From NCBI RefSeq assembly GCF_001194135.2, contig NC_069004.1, positions 14,191,589-14,255,588 of the forward strand: a DNA stretch of 64,000 nt, read 5' to 3'. Positions 40,668-54,915 of the stretch are shown here, one piece after another (position 1 is the stretch's first letter; each line of letters begins with the position of its first letter). A program made the translations under genes and the position numbers. The notes under the pieces are model-generated. The model saw only the letters and a list, made by a program, of their open reading frames with translations. It searched no databases and had not been told where the DNA came from. Source of the DNA: Octopus bimaculoides (taxonomy: Eukaryota).

Positions 40668-42229
40668 ATATATAAATATATATATCATCATCATTTAACA
40701 TCCGCCTTCCACGCAGGCATGGGTTGGATGGTTTGACAGGAGCTGGCCAATCAGAAGGCTACCACAGGCTACTGTGTCTGTTTTAGCATGATTTTTATGA
40801 CTGGATGCCCTTCCTAACAACAAACACCCTGCAGAGTATACTCTCTCTCTCTCTCTCTTTTGGAGTCAATAAAATAAGTACCAGTCAAACACTGGAGTCA
40901 ATGATATCAACTTAACCCCTCCCCTGAAATTGCTGGCTTTGTGCCAAAATTTTGAACCAATATATCATTAAAATTTACTATAATTTAGATAAATAGTTTT
41001 AAAAAGATATTGGCAGTCTTCAGTTTATCCAGGATGTCAGAATGATGGTAAAAAATAATCGTAAAAAAGACATTTGCCCAAGGTTCCATGCAGTGGGATT
41101 GAACCAAGCAAAGCAAATTTTTCAGTCATGTTGCTTCCACATTTTACATGCAGTAATATATAACACTGTATGATTAATAAGTATCCTATTTTGAAGAATT
41201 AGTTCTAAGACCCCACCATTAACAACTATACAAGAACATAGTGCCATATTTCTTTCTCAAGAGATGTCTCCCAACAATGTTACTGGTGCCACAACAACAA
41301 GACTAAATGCAAGACAGCACACAATACACAGTACATTCTGATAATGGCAGTAAACAGAAGAAAACAGAACTGCATGCCAGCATGGAACAAAAACAAAAAC
41401 CGCACATAAAATAAGACAAAATTAATAGATATAACTAACTAAAACATCTCCATTATTCTACTATTTTCCTCCAACAAATGCAACTGTCAGTTCCAGACTG
41501 GGCATAAATCTCCATATGTAAGTGAAAGACCTGAGAATCTAAGCAGCAAACACAATGGTAAATATATTGTAAAACACTAGGGTTTTCTTGCCGCTGTTGT
41601 TGTCGTTGGTTTTCTTTATAGCTTGTCATTCTTGTAGAAATGTCCAATATGTTTTATCTCAACACAATCACAGCTTCATTATTTGTAAATGCTCCATCAA
41701 AAACAAATTTAATTCCTGCAGTGTTTCAATTCATTTCAGTTGCTGTGAATGTTCTGATTAGGATGTGGGTTTTCTCCCCACCCTATCTCTTTTTACTATC
41801 TACAGTTTTTTTTTTTTGTTGATTAGTAATTATCAATTACAATTATCTCTATTGTTTTTATTATAAATCTCTAAAATATTTTAGAAAAAAAAAAGGCATC
41901 TAACTTAAATTCTTTTAAAGCTAATACATGAATAAAAACATTGTTTCCTGCAAGCTCTATACAATATTGATATTTATGATTTAAATATTACAAATATTTT
42001 ACAAATTAATATAAAAAAAGAGAGAGATATTTAAGCTAAGTTTTATCTAAAACATGTTCAGCACAAATGCTATAACATTTTGAAATCCTACAGTATTACA
42101 CAAAACCATATAGCCTCTTGCTAAGCACAGTAACTGTGTCCTGTTATCATTCCTGTCCAGACTGACAGCACCCTTGCAATTCCATTAAAAGTTTGTGTCA
42201 AAAGCAAACCAATTATTTATATATATATT

Positions 42230-42613
42230 GCTGTTGTTAACACTCCGTCGCTTGCGACGTCGAGGGTTCCAGTTGATCCGATCAACGGAACAGCCTGCTC
42301 ATGAAATTAACATGCAAGTGGCTGAGCACTCCACAGACACGTGTACCCTTAACGTAGTTCTCGAGGATATTCAGCGTGACACTGTGACAAGGCTGACCCT
42401 TTGAATTACAGGCACAACAGAAACAGGAAGTAAGAGTGAGAGAAAGTTGTGGTGAAAGGGTACAGCAGGGTTCGCCACCATCCCCTGCCGGAGCCGTGTG
42501 AAGCTTTAGGTGTTTTTGCTCAATAAACACTCACAGCACCCGGTCTGGGAATCGAAACCGCAATCCTATGACCGCGAGTCCACTGCCCTAACCACTGGGC
42601 TATTGCGCCTCCA
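42230..42613 (-). mobile_element. Young full-length tRNA-derived SINE (family D variant)
   Basis: Minus head tggaggcgcaatagcccagtggttagggcagtggactcgcggtcataggattgcggtttcgattccc has A and B boxes. CpGs are retained, and the tail ...gaaccctcgacgtcgcaagcgacggagtg is shared with the 59.0-59.6 kb copies. Confidence 0.85.
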
Positions 42614-43320
42614 CTATATATATATATATATACACACACACACGTATATACACACACACACACATAGGTAGGTAGGTAGGTGTATGTTTAGTTTTATAAA
42701 TGGAAGAAAAATGGTCATTTTTTCTTTTTCCTATCTTTCACACTCTTGGGACAGGCAGCAGCCAACAAAATGATGTCTTATTAAAAAGAATACATGAAGG
42801 AATGAAAAGGAAGCAACTTTTGTATTCTTTCAAGAAAATTTCATCACAAACATATGCAGTTATCAAGGAAGTTACATCATCAGAGGTCATTTGTTGATCT
42901 GATGATGCAAAGAATATATACATATATTTATTCTTTTACTTATTTCAGTCATTTGATTGCTGCCATGCTGAAGCATCACCTTAAAGGGGTTTTCAGTTGA
43001 AGAAATTGACTCCAGGACTTATTCTTTGTAAGCCTAGTACTTAATCTATTAGTCTCTCTTGCTGAACTGCGAAGTTATGGGGACGTAAACACATCAACAT
43101 CAGTTGTCAAGCAATGGAGCGGGGACGAAGAGACACCCCACCTCACACACACATATATATATGATGGGTTTCTTTCAGTTTCCATCTACCAATTCACTCA
43201 AGGATTTGGTTGGTACAAGGCTATAGTAGAAGACACTTGCCCAAGTTGCCTTGTAGTGGGACTGAACTGGAATCATGTGGTTGAGAAGTAAGCTTCTTAC
43301 CACACAGCCACACCTGCATC

Positions 43321-43369
<49 letters not shown>

Positions 43370-45473
43370 GCGTGTTAGCTAACAATGCATACCAAGATTG
43401 CAGTTAGAAATCTTGCATTCTGAACAAACTATTTTATGATAGTGAGGTCTGAAATATCTTTACCAGATGCATGAATGGCATCTCAATGCTTACCAGGGTA
43501 AGCTACTCAATGCTTACACAACCCAGGACTGATTTTGAACACTAAGTAGACAAATAAGGTCCTGGCATGCACCCAGATACCCAGCCTCACCTTCATCCTA
43601 CTTCAACAATAATGTCTCTGCTTGCTGGGCCATATACACTGCATGTTAGATGAGAGGATCCTGAAAGACCTTCTGTGTAAGGGAACTGGCCTTCTGCAAG
43701 AGAACAAAAGGCAAACTCCATCTTTGTTTCAAAGATATCTCTGTGTGTGAGAGAGAGAGAGGGGGGGGAGATAGATCGAGAAGCTGTTTCTTTGCATGAG
43801 TGTTGGAAAGTGGGAAGACATTGCTGATCACTCCCCATTGGCAGCTAAAATCAGGCAAGGGTTAAAAAAATATGAAGAGATGCTGAGGCTTGCTGATGAA
43901 GAAAAGCTAACAAAATCAATGAAAAACAACAAAACTGAGCGATAGTACCTTCAAATGTAATCACTGCAATTGGAACTGACTTTCACAGATAGATCTCCAC
44001 ACTCACAGCTGATGTTGCCATGCCAACAAGACTGAAGCAAGTCTTGCTGCAAGGCTAACCAATGCCTCTAATACACACATATATATATAACATCTAACAC
44101 AAACTCTGTCCAGTCTATGAAAGTAAAGGAAAAGTGGATGCAAAAATGGTAATGATCACAATATATACACATATATATATTTTATTATATGTATTTATTT
44201 TCTCCTAATTAATAAATAACTTGGACAAAATAAATTGGCTAATAGATACCAGGGTAGCAAAGATCATAAAATGACTGGTGTAACTATGGAAGGCATAATT
44301 TGTAATCTTCGAAACATATGTTGGAAATAAAAGTATGCAGTTAACATATGCGTTTTACTCCATTCACTAAATTTATACATATATATGATCATCAGTTAAC
44401 ATCCGTTTTCCATGCTGGCATGGGTTGGATGGTTTGACAGGAGCTGGCCAAGCATCATGTCTGTTTTGACATGATTTCTACAGCTGGATGCCCTTCCTAG
44501 TGCCAACCACTTTACAGAGTAAACTGGGTACTTTTACGCAGCAGTGGCATGGGTGCTTTTATGTAGCACTGGCACAGGTGCTTCCTGTGTGGCACCAGCA
44601 CCCACAAGCCTGGAAGATTAGGATCGTTCAGCTGAAGAGTGATGCAGGGGACATGCCTATTTGCAAGGACAACCACAATATATTGTCATTATCTACACAA
44701 TTCCAACGCAATTTAAGAGAAATACTTATGATGAAAATCTAAAGAATTCAGTGACAGAAGAACAAAAGAAAGAACAACATGTAGTACATGCAGAAATATC
44801 TACAGATAAGTGATGAAAGAATTTCTGGCATGTTCCGGAAGTATGTAGGTGTATTCCTAACAGTGTATTGCAATAAATCCACAGACACCTGAAGGACTTT
44901 ACCAGAGACTTAAACGCTTTAAATAAAAACTCTTTAATTAAAACTACTTGTTTTTAATGACACATATATGCTGGTCTTTGACAGTCTCATATCCAACTAC
45001 ACTGAGATATACCATTATCACTTAAATGATCAGTATTAAAACACAAATAATTTTAAAGTTACTAATCGTTATACATGTGGAAAAAAAATAAGAAAACACT
45101 GTCAAATAATGCTATGTTAGCCCTAAGACGGCACTTGTCTTATTCCTCAATCTTTGTAGATAAGAATTGGCTGGCAGCTACTCAACCCATATCTAATGCC
45201 AGATCTAAATGCCAAATTTGTAATTATATTTGCTTCTATCCTTCCTGGCATCTTCATATGAAGTGTTTCTTTGTTTAATCACCACTGCTAATCTTTCAAG
45301 CTTGTCCACATACAATACTTCTAATGTTAATTAATAGCAATAATATTAAAACAATAATAATAATGATGATGATGATAAAAATAGGAATGATGATGATGAT
45401 GATAATTATTTACCACAAGGATGACAAATGGGAAACATTACAAAATAGGATTACAAGTGAGAGTTTCACATAG

Positions 45474-45516
<43 letters not shown>

Positions 45517-46911
45517 CAAAGTGTTAGCGCTAAGCAGTGTTTAGGCATGAAACACAGATTCCTAATAGATGGTGACACTGAATGAACTGGGCGTTTCCAC
45601 AACTTTTTACCATAAGAAAGAAATATTCTCCATGGCAACTGCAGTGTATTTGCCTTTTAGCAGTTGAAATATGTGAAAAACATATTTCAACTTACCTAAC
45701 TCGGCTCATATTTATAAAAGTCAGGAGGTATGAGATGAATAGCCATAAGATTGCCAACATTATGGGAAAATAATTTATTTTAGAGTATAATAGATTATTT
45801 TACATGTCTGTACTAGCGTTATATGTTATAAATTATATAGAAATATTGTACAATGTGCAAGGTTATGCAGGAAATGGAGGCTAGCTCTTCAGATCATAGA
45901 ATATTATGGTTACAGCCATTCATCAGCTCAACACACACACACACAAAAACTATAAAATATATGTCTTAAAAGGAGGACTTTCACACAGGGTGCAATAGGG
46001 GATATCTGAACCCTTGAAAGGCTCCTCAACAGTAACCAATTACCTTCTCTCTGCTAGGCAATTACTAACAAAAATTGACAGTGGGAACATCCAGCTACAC
46101 CAGACATACTACTCTGCTTGTCTGTCTGTCTCTCCTTCTCTCATTTACACATTTCAACAAATTTACTGCAGGACAGCACTTCCTCTCTTATTTTACCATA
46201 CTTTTCAGGTGAGCATTTAAAGAGTAAAAGCTGATAAGTTGTTGTCTACAGACTGCAATCACCTTCCTTATTGAAAAAAACCCAAAAACAAAAGCAATAT
46301 AAAAGCACAGTGATTTTTATGTTGGACTCAGCTAACAACCAAATCTGTCCTAGATAAACTAATACCACCACAACTACTACTACTAATAATAATCCCTTCT
46401 ACTATAGGCACAAAGGTTGAAATATTGGCTGGAGGAAATGTCAGTCAATTACATCAACCCCAGTGCATAACTGGTACTTATTTTATTGACCCTGAAAGGA
46501 TGAAAGGCAAAGTCAACCTGAGTGGAATTTGAACTGAGCTGTTTAAAAACACACAAAAAGTATTCCATTTAATTCTTGCTGTGTTTAAATTATTGTTACT
46601 TATCTATGTCCTGCTCACTGTATGAAGTGCTCATAAATTATCTTTATAACTTGCACAATTTATTGTATTGTATCATCTAGACGTGTTGTGTTACAATCAA
46701 TGGAGCACATATGGAAGTGTTCTGATGTTTATAATAAAACTTTATTCATTTTCCAATAAACTCTACTGAGTTATCCTCATTTTCCCAATTGTAAACATAA
46801 TTTATGAACCTCTGACCAGATATTACTGACCAGGATGCAGCTGTGTACTGAAAACTTCAACACCTCAAGATATAGATGAAAAATGGATTTAACAGTATTT
46901 GTGTGTTTTAA

Positions 46912-47118
46912 CTCTTTAGCATTTAAAGTGGCCATATCAGACCCAAATATTCTACCTGTTTTATATTCAAACTGGTCAGATCCAGCCTATTACATCCACC
47001 CTTTAAAAATAAATAATCACATCATCGAAACCTCAAAGCTACAAGATAATGCATGATTAATTAAGAACAATGTGAATAAATAAGCATCATTTGACAGATT
47101 AATTTGAATGCTAATGGG
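46912..47118 (+). mobile_element. M1 TTAA MITE copy
   Basis: TTAA|ctctttagcatttaaagtggccatatc ... gaatgctaatggg|tcaa. Confidence 0.75.
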
Positions 47119-47354
47119 TCAACTGGCTAAAATTCTTCTTCCATGATGTTTTTTTTTTTTTTTTTTTTAGTTTTAACACACCTTCTCAGAAATAATCAAT
47201 CGCTAGGTGAGTACAATACTTGAAAAAAGGTTTTGTAAGGGATTATAATATTCTAATTAAGAGCATTCTAGACAGAAAGACATAAAATGTCCTGCAAAGC
47301 ATTTTGGATGTTTCATCATCGTTAAAGCTATCCCTATATAAACTTATGACTTAA

Positions 47355-47574
47355 CCATTTAGCATTTAAACTGGCCATGTCCAGCCCAAATCTTCTAGCT
47401 GATTTATGTTCAAACTGGCCAGATTTGACCTCTCTCACCTACCCTACAATGTCATTCTAAAATTATACAAGCACATTATCAAAATCCTGAAGCAACAAGA
47501 CAATGTATGAGTAATTCAAAACAATGAAAATAAATCAGCATTACATTTGAAAGAACGATTTAAATACTAAAGGG
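47355..47574 (+). mobile_element. M1 TTAA MITE copy
   Basis: TTAA|ccatttagcatttaaactggcc ... aaatactaaaggg|TTAA. Confidence 0.8.
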
Positions 47575-47772
47575 TTAAATATTTAGATTCCATTTTAAAG
47601 ATGATAGCGAATTTACTCAGACAAAAGTTTGGCAACAGTATTGAATCAGTCAAGCAGCTACATGAAAGCCGTGTTGCCAGCTATTGTGGTTCCTATTTTA
47701 AAGATGGGTATAAATTTTTAAGAAACATTTGGCTTCAAATTGAACAATTATGTAAAAGTCACCTCTCTGGCA

Positions 47773-47804
<32 letters not shown>

Positions 47805-47805
<1 letters not shown>

Positions 47806-48860
47806 GGTGATGAGCTGGCAGAATCGTTAGCATGCTGGATGAAATGCTTAATGGTATTTCACCTGTCACTACACTCTGAGTCCAAATTCCACCAAGGTCA
47901 ACTTTGCCTTTCATTCTTTCGGGCTTGATAAATTAAGTACCAGTGAAACACTGGGTTGGTGTTATTGACTCATCCCCCTCCCACAAAATGGCTGCCCTTG
48001 TGGCAAAATTTGAAACCATCGCCATCATCATCATAAAAGGTGGCGAGCTAGCAGAATTGTAAGCATGCCTGACAAAATGCTTAGCAGCATTTTGTCTGTC
48101 TTTACATTCTAAATTCAAAATCTGTCAAGGCCGACTTTGCTTTTCATTCTTTCAGGGTTGATAGAATAAGTACCAGCCAAGTATTAGGGTTCATGTAATC
48201 AACTTGCACCCTCCCGCCAAATTGCTGGCCTTGTACCAAAATTTGAAACCATTATTATTAAAGGTGATGAGCTGGCAGAATTATTAGCATGCCAGACAAA
48301 ATGCTTACCAGCATTTCATCCATCTTTATGTTTTGCATTCAAATTCAACCAAGGTCGATAAAATAAGTACCAGTTGAGCACTAGGGTTGAGGTAATTGAC
48401 TAATTCTCTCCCACTAAATATCAGGACTTGTGCCTGCTATAGGAGGAAGGATTATACATCATCATCATTATTATTATTACCGTATTTTAATATGTATAAG
48501 GAGCCCCCTAAATTTTGGGGCTTAAAATTTTGACAAAAAGTTTTGTAATGGATTATAATACTATCCATGTATAAAAAACTCCTATATTTTTTTAACCTAA
48601 TTTTTGAAAAAAAAGGGTTCCTTATACATGTTAAAATACAGTAAATGGTGAGCTGGCAGTATCATTTGAGCATCAGTGCCTAGTGGTATTCCTTCTGCTT
48701 CATTACATTCTGAGTTCATATTTCACTGTGGCTGACTTTGTCTTTCATCCTTTTAGGGTCAATAAGATAAGAACCATTTGAGTACTGGGATTGACGTAAT
48801 TGACTTGTCCCGTTTCTAAAACTACTGGTTTTGGACCAAAGTTTAAAACCATTATTATCA
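47805..48860 (+). mobile_element. Head-to-tail array of four family A SINEs in (TTA)n/(ATC)n spacers
   Basis: Heads (gg)tg(a/g)(t/c)gagct(g/a)gcag at about 47805, 48039, 48262 and 48645, each followed by the ctttgcctttcat…gataa…agtaccag body. Confidence 0.85.
48480..48641. mobile_element. 162-bp Tc1/pogo-type MITE inserted in the SINE array
   Basis: TA|ccgtattttaatatgtataaggagccc ... gggttccttatacatgttaaaatacag|TA: ~27-bp imperfect TIR with TA duplication. Confidence 0.8.
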
Positions 48861-49604
48861 TTATCCTCTTATTTAAATTTTCTTCTCATTTCTTGCCGAG
48901 TGTCTTCCTGACACCCAGGGCAAAGAAATTCACTGTATACACTGATAAGCAATTAAAATAAACACACCAGATTGTTCATTTATAAAGTCATGTGGTAGAG
49001 AAAAAGGGGGAGAAAGAACGAAAAAGGAAAGAAGAGAAAATAAAAAATTAAAAATAAATGAAAAAATTAAACAAAGAAGTTAAAGGGGCCCCTCAAACCC
49101 ACCCTACAATGTCATTCTAAAACTAAACAATCATATCAAGATCTTGAAGTTTCAAGATAATTCATGATTAATTAAAAACAACGCGAATAAATAAGCATTA
49201 CATTTGACAGAGTGAGCTAAATGTTAAAAGGTTCAAAGAGATAAACAGTAAATTATTAAGATATTGGCAAATTTTTTTTCAAGAAAACTCAGGTTTATGA
49301 AATTCTCTTTTTGTCGAAAGAGAATATCCAAAAATCAAAGAAAGATTTTTAAAGATCATATATTGATTGCTAAGAGCATAGATATGGTTGTAAATATATA
49401 TATAAAAAAAAAGTAAGCAGAATGAGAACATAAGAAACAAGAGCACTCAGAGAATGCAAGCCTCTGCCAAGGTAGCATCAACATCATCTCAATGATTAGC
49501 CAGAGATGATTTTTGAAATGAGAATATCTGAAATAAACTCGACTGCTCTCACAAACGAGAATACTAAAAATGAACCTGACTGCTCTCAAAAATTAAGTAA
49601 AAAA

Positions 49605-49790
49605 AAACAGGTAAAATAATCCAGAATCCTTGTCTGGTACCGGACTGATCCCAAAATCTAATCAGTTCATGCCAGTCATGAGGCCAAACATCCTTGAAGT
49701 CTCATCTGAATCCATCCAGCGGTTCTTCAGATATCTTGTCCACAGACAAACAAATACAACTGAAAACGCAGAGGTTATAAAACTTGTCTG
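49605..49790 (+). mobile_element. Possible Helentron/HINE-like non-autonomous element fragment
   Basis: ccggactgatcccaaaatctaatcagttc...tgaatccatccagcggttcttcagatatc..cagacaaacaaa resembles HINE/DINE-like cores. The 3' hairpin is not intact. Confidence 0.35.
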
Positions 49791-50557
49791 TTTAATTCCT
49801 TTGGGGACCTTCTAAAATACAACTATACATTACATGTATGTTCCTAGTCTTTTATAAGTCTTTCATCTTTTAGTTGTTTCAGTCATTTATTTGACTGTGG
49901 CCATGCTGGGGCCATGTCTTGAAAGGTTTTAGTTGAACAAATCAACTTCAGGACTAACTTTTTTTTTTTAAGACTAGTACTTATCCTATCAGTCTCTTCT
50001 GCAGAATGGCTAAGTTACAGGGACATAAACACACCAACACTGGTTAAGTGGTGGTGGGATCAAAGACAGACAGATACACACACACACAGACGATGGGCTG
50101 CTTTCAGTTTCCGTCCACCAAATCCGCTCACAAGGCTTTGGTTGGCCCAAGACTATAGTATAAGACACTTGCCCAAAGTGTCATACAGTGGGATTGAACC
50201 TGGAACTATGTGGTTTGGAAGCAAGCTTCTTACCACACATTCATAAGTTTTCTTGTTAAAACATTTCTTTTTACAGTTGGGTGTCCTTCATACAACCAAA
50301 AACTCAGCAATAAACACGGGTGAAACACAAAAAAAAACAAAACAGAAAGCAACTGAAAGATGAATTGGTAGCTGCTTTTGACTTTTCCCTTCCTACTCCA
50401 CAAAAGATGGAGGCCAAACACATTTACAAAGATTTGGACACTTTTATGGCTACAGTAATCATGTAAAAGCATAGAATTAGCTTTCGTAGAGCAGAAGTTA
50501 TTTAGTGTGAAACAGAGACTGACTTGTAGATGCGACAGAAAAGAAAGCAACAAAGAA

Positions 50558-50780
50558 GGCGGTGAGCTGGCAGAATCGTTAGCACGCTGGGCGAAATGCT
50601 TAGCGGTACTTTGTCTGCCGTTACGTTCTGAGCTCAAATTCTGCTGAGGTCGACTTTGCCTTTCATCCTTTCGGGGTCGATAGATAAAGTACCAGTTATG
50701 CACTGGGGTCGACGTAATCGACTTAATTCCTTTGTCTGTCCTTGTTTGTTCCCTCTATGTGGGTAATAAAGAAATAAGAA
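50558..50780 (+). mobile_element. Best-preserved family A SINE copy
   Basis: ggcggtgagctggcagaatcgttagcacgctgggcgaaatgcttagcgg...gttctgagctcaaatt...gtcgactttgcctttcatcctttcggggtcgata, with CpGs intact. Confidence 0.9.
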
Positions 50781-51459
50781 AAGAAAGCAACATAATGCAG
50801 CACAAAGAGATTAGGATACCAGTCGTGTATTCTCCTTGTCACTGCTCATTGCACAAAATCATTACTTATGTTAATAAAGAACCAGGTTTTGCTATTAAAT
50901 ATAGTAAGACTAGATATCATTGGACATGTTAATCTGGATAAGGATGCTTTTTTGATGAAACACAGTTATAGCCCCATGTCATTTCTGATATAGCAAACCT
51001 TTGATCAAAGATATTCTAATTGTAACTTGTTTTTTTTTTTTATCTTTTACTTGTGTCAGTCATTAGACTGCAGTCATGCAAGGGAACCACCTTGAAGAAT
51101 TTAAGTGAAACTAAAATTAGTTTAGTAAAACTAATTGATCCCAGTATTTTTTAAAGCCTGGTACTTATTCTATTAGTCTCTTTTGCCAAAATGATAAAGA
51201 GAAAAGTTAGACAGTCTTTTTCCCAAGATTCTTCATGGATGCATCACTGTGTTTATCACTTTTCCACTTCTTAAAAAAAAAATAGACGGTTTCCTGTGCA
51301 GAATGGCAAATAAGCTACATTGCTGAATCTTCTCAAACAGGGCAAACATGATAAAAAATGTGCTAAGCATAACCATGTCATATTTTATTCACCAAAAGCT
51401 TGTGAGTAGGTTTAGTTGACAGAAAGTGAAAGAAACCTATCATATTACACATGCATGCA

Positions 51460-51507
<48 letters not shown>

Positions 51508-51842
51508 TTTACATCATGCGATAGTTGTAAATGAACATCTCCATCATACAAGCAGTATCATTTATTTTCCATCTTCTGTGGAAAATTCTAGCTATGGGGA
51601 AACATTAATCTTAATTACTTTACTTGGAAACTGGTTGTAAGCCTTTCCTGTCACCACACCTCACCTTAGAAAAATCTGCTTCACTACTCCTAACCCATGT
51701 AAGCATAGAAAAGTAGATGTTAAAAGGATGTTGATGATTGTGAGTAGTATCCATCTACATTATGAAATATGTCTTCCTTTTTTTTTACTATTTACAGTAA
51801 GTCCTGTCCATTCTTTTTTCAAGACGGTAAGCTAACATTTAA

Positions 51843-52052
51843 TCCTTTAGCATTTAAACTGGCCATATCTGGCCCAAATATGCTGCCTGTTTTATATTCA
51901 AACCAGCCAGATCCAGCCTATCACACCTACCCTTCAATGTCATTCTAAAAATATATAATCACATCGTCAAAATCTTGAAGCTACAAGATTAATTAAAAAC
52001 AATTTGAATGAAAAAGCATTACATTGGAATTCATAATCTGAATGCTAAAGGG
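51843..52052 (+). mobile_element. M1 TTAA MITE copy
   Basis: TTAA|tcctttagcattt ... tgaatgctaaaggg|TTAA. Confidence 0.8.
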
Positions 52053-54522
52053 TTAAATGAATATTTGGATGATATTTCTAGCAAATCTTACATGTAGGCA
52101 CTGATATTACATATTGAAAAAGTTAAGTATCAACTATTTGATAAAATAAATTTACGACATTGAATATGAAGATCGCAAAAGACAAACAAACCAATGGTTG
52201 CTAGTTAGACACTGAAAATGAACAATCTCACAGAATACTAAACAAGTAGATTAATTATGAAGATAAAATAGAAATTCACAGAAAATAATTTTGTTAAAAA
52301 AGGTGCGTAGATTGAAAAGCAATACAATTAAAAACAGTATTATTTAGTTCAATTAATTGTTTTATCTAATGTTTGGTCATTAAATTATATTAGAAAATAA
52401 AAATACTTTCTGTAAAAAGAATCAAGCAAGAAGCCATTTTGAGATGAAAGTCAAGTTTTAAAAAAATAGTGGTACTATAACAGAGATAATAATATTTAAT
52501 ATAAGAGAGCAGGAAGATAAAAGAGAAACCTATCCTTCCTAATCATCTATGATAATATAAAGATTGTAGATTACTTTTAGAAATCTACTAAATGGTAATT
52601 GACTGTTTTTGAATTCTAGAATTGTGATGAAGAGCAGCCACTATAAATATCGAGTGATATCTACCAAATGGAAATGAATATTTCCATTAGACAAATTTTG
52701 CTTTCATACAGGTATGATACAAAATAAAAAGTTCATTGAGAACATTTCAGAGGAGATGACAAAAGACTGATATATCTCGTACCTTGCAGTACTCAATAAA
52801 ACTTGTCCCCTACAGCAGAAGTATTAAATCCACTCCCCACTGATGAAGAGGATTGACCTGTAAGAGTTCTGTGCCAATGCCATGTAAAAAGCACTCATGC
52901 CAGCATTATGTAATAGTGCTTGTACCAGTACCACGTAAAAGTGCTTGTGCTGGTGCCATGCTAAAAACACCCAGCATACACTGTAAGGTCGTTGGTGTTA
53001 GGAAGGGCATCCAGCCATAGAAAACAAACCAAATCAGACTAGATCTTGGTGCAGTTCTCCAGCTTATCAGCTCTGGTCAAACCGTCCAATCCATACCAAG
53101 ATGGAAAACAGACGTTAAAGTACGATGATGATGGTGATGATGCTTACAAGAGTAAAATAATGTATAAATTATCAACCTCCCTCATCAATTATTTAATCTA
53201 AGGCAACAACCTGGCAGAACTTTCAGAATGCTGGACATAATGCTAAGCAACATTTTGTCTATCTATGTTCTGAGCTGAAAATTCTGCAGAGGTTGACTTT
53301 GCTTTTCAGGGTTGATAAAATAAGTACCAGTCATGCATTGGGGGTGCTAATATAATCAACTCCCCCCCCTCCCTTCAAAACCCACTGGCCCTGTGCCTAA
53401 AGTTGAAACCATTAATTACTTGATTTATAAAACATGTAAGAAAAAATACATATAAAAATGTAATAGAAATCCTTTCAAATAAAGTTTAAAATCTTTTAAT
53501 GTCAACCCACCAAAAGCTTTGTGCATTGAAATATTTATAAATGTATGAAGCTCTTGGCTCTTGAGTCACTAACTTCTACTGATTATTAAAAAAGATTGTA
53601 TATATGCTCATGTTTTGAGTTCTATTTTCTTGTTTAGATCACCAAACTTATATTTAATTCTCATGCAACAACAACAATAACATTACTCCATTGAAACTAC
53701 GGGCAAGCAGCAGGCCTTACTTCCATACAGCTCAATTCTACATCACATTATAAGTCAACTGTCCAATGTAACTACCCAGTCTTCTCCCTGAAATCAGCCT
53801 CTGTTTCTTGTAACTATCTGCTCTCCAAATCCATTCTTGGTCTACTTCTGCTTCCAAACAAGATAATTTTACAAAGCTCTCTTGTATTCTATTAGAATCA
53901 AAGTGACCACAAATTGGCTCAATTATATATATAAAAAAAAAAACTGCATCTAAATTTGTTTCAGATTTAAAGTTTGTAGTAAAGCAGTAGATAACAAGAT
54001 CGTCTGATTGTCATCAAAATATCTTGTGGTGTCTTTTTACTTTCCTCTTCAGATTCTAAGCTTAGATATTGCCGGGGTCAGTTTTTCCTTGATCCCTTTA
54101 TAGTTGATAAAATAAGTAATAATCATGTACTGGAGTGTGGATTAAATAAATCTACTACTCTACTAGAAATGAAGCTTAACACCAATATGAGAAACTAATA
54201 TTACTCCTCTTATTTCTTTTTCCTGTTTTGTTTTCCCCTCAGTCTTCTTCAAAACTTCATAAACATTTACAAGTGGGGAGTATAGAGTTACTTCCAGGTC
54301 CATTCTGATCTGGAATGGTAGTACTTGTCAGAGACCCATCTATGAATTAAATAGATTCCTGTAAGGGTAAAGTGAGCTCCTTAGCTGCAGTGAAAGCAAT
54401 AAATCTAGAAAGAAAACTATAAAATTAATACTCTCTTCCAACATGCCCAAAGCGTGCATGGAAGAGTATGGCTGATGAAACTAACATGAGGCATGTCCAA
54501 TAACATAGATTCATAAAACAGA

Positions 54523-54687
54523 GGTGCAGGAGTGGCTGTGTGCTTAGTAGCTTGCTTACCAACCACATGGTTCCAGGTTCAGTCCCACTGCATGGCATCT
54601 TGGGCAAATGTCTTCTACTATAGTCTCGGGCTGACCAAAGCCTTGTGAGTGGATTTGGTAGACAGAAACTGAAAGAAGCCCGTCGTA

Positions 54688-54730
<43 letters not shown>

Positions 54731-54915
54731 TTGTGTGTCTGTGTTTGTCCCCCTAGCATTGCTTGACAACCAATGCTGGTGTGTTTATGTCCCCATCACT
54801 TAGCGGTTTGGCAAAGGAGACCGATAGAATAAGTACTAGGCTTACAAATAATAAGTCCCAGGGTCAATTTGCTCGACTAAAGATGGTGCGCCAGCATGGC
54901 CGCAGTCAAATGAAC
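54523..54915 (+). mobile_element. Best-preserved family B SINE copy
   Basis: ggtgcaggagtggctgtgtg..tagcttgcttaccaaccacatggttccaggttcagtcccactgc...(TA)n(TG)n...ggtgcgccagcatggccgcagtcaaatga. Confidence 0.9.

Noticed and set aside
42540-42613. tRNA-like sequence on the minus strand
   Set aside because: It continues directly into a SINE body, so it is a SINE head and not a tRNA gene. The same applies to the other tRNA-like heads.
43593-43690. Minus-strand acceptor ttgttctcttgcag followed by EGQFPYTEGLSGSSHL...
   Set aside because: It does not match any tomosyn segment and all frames end in stops.
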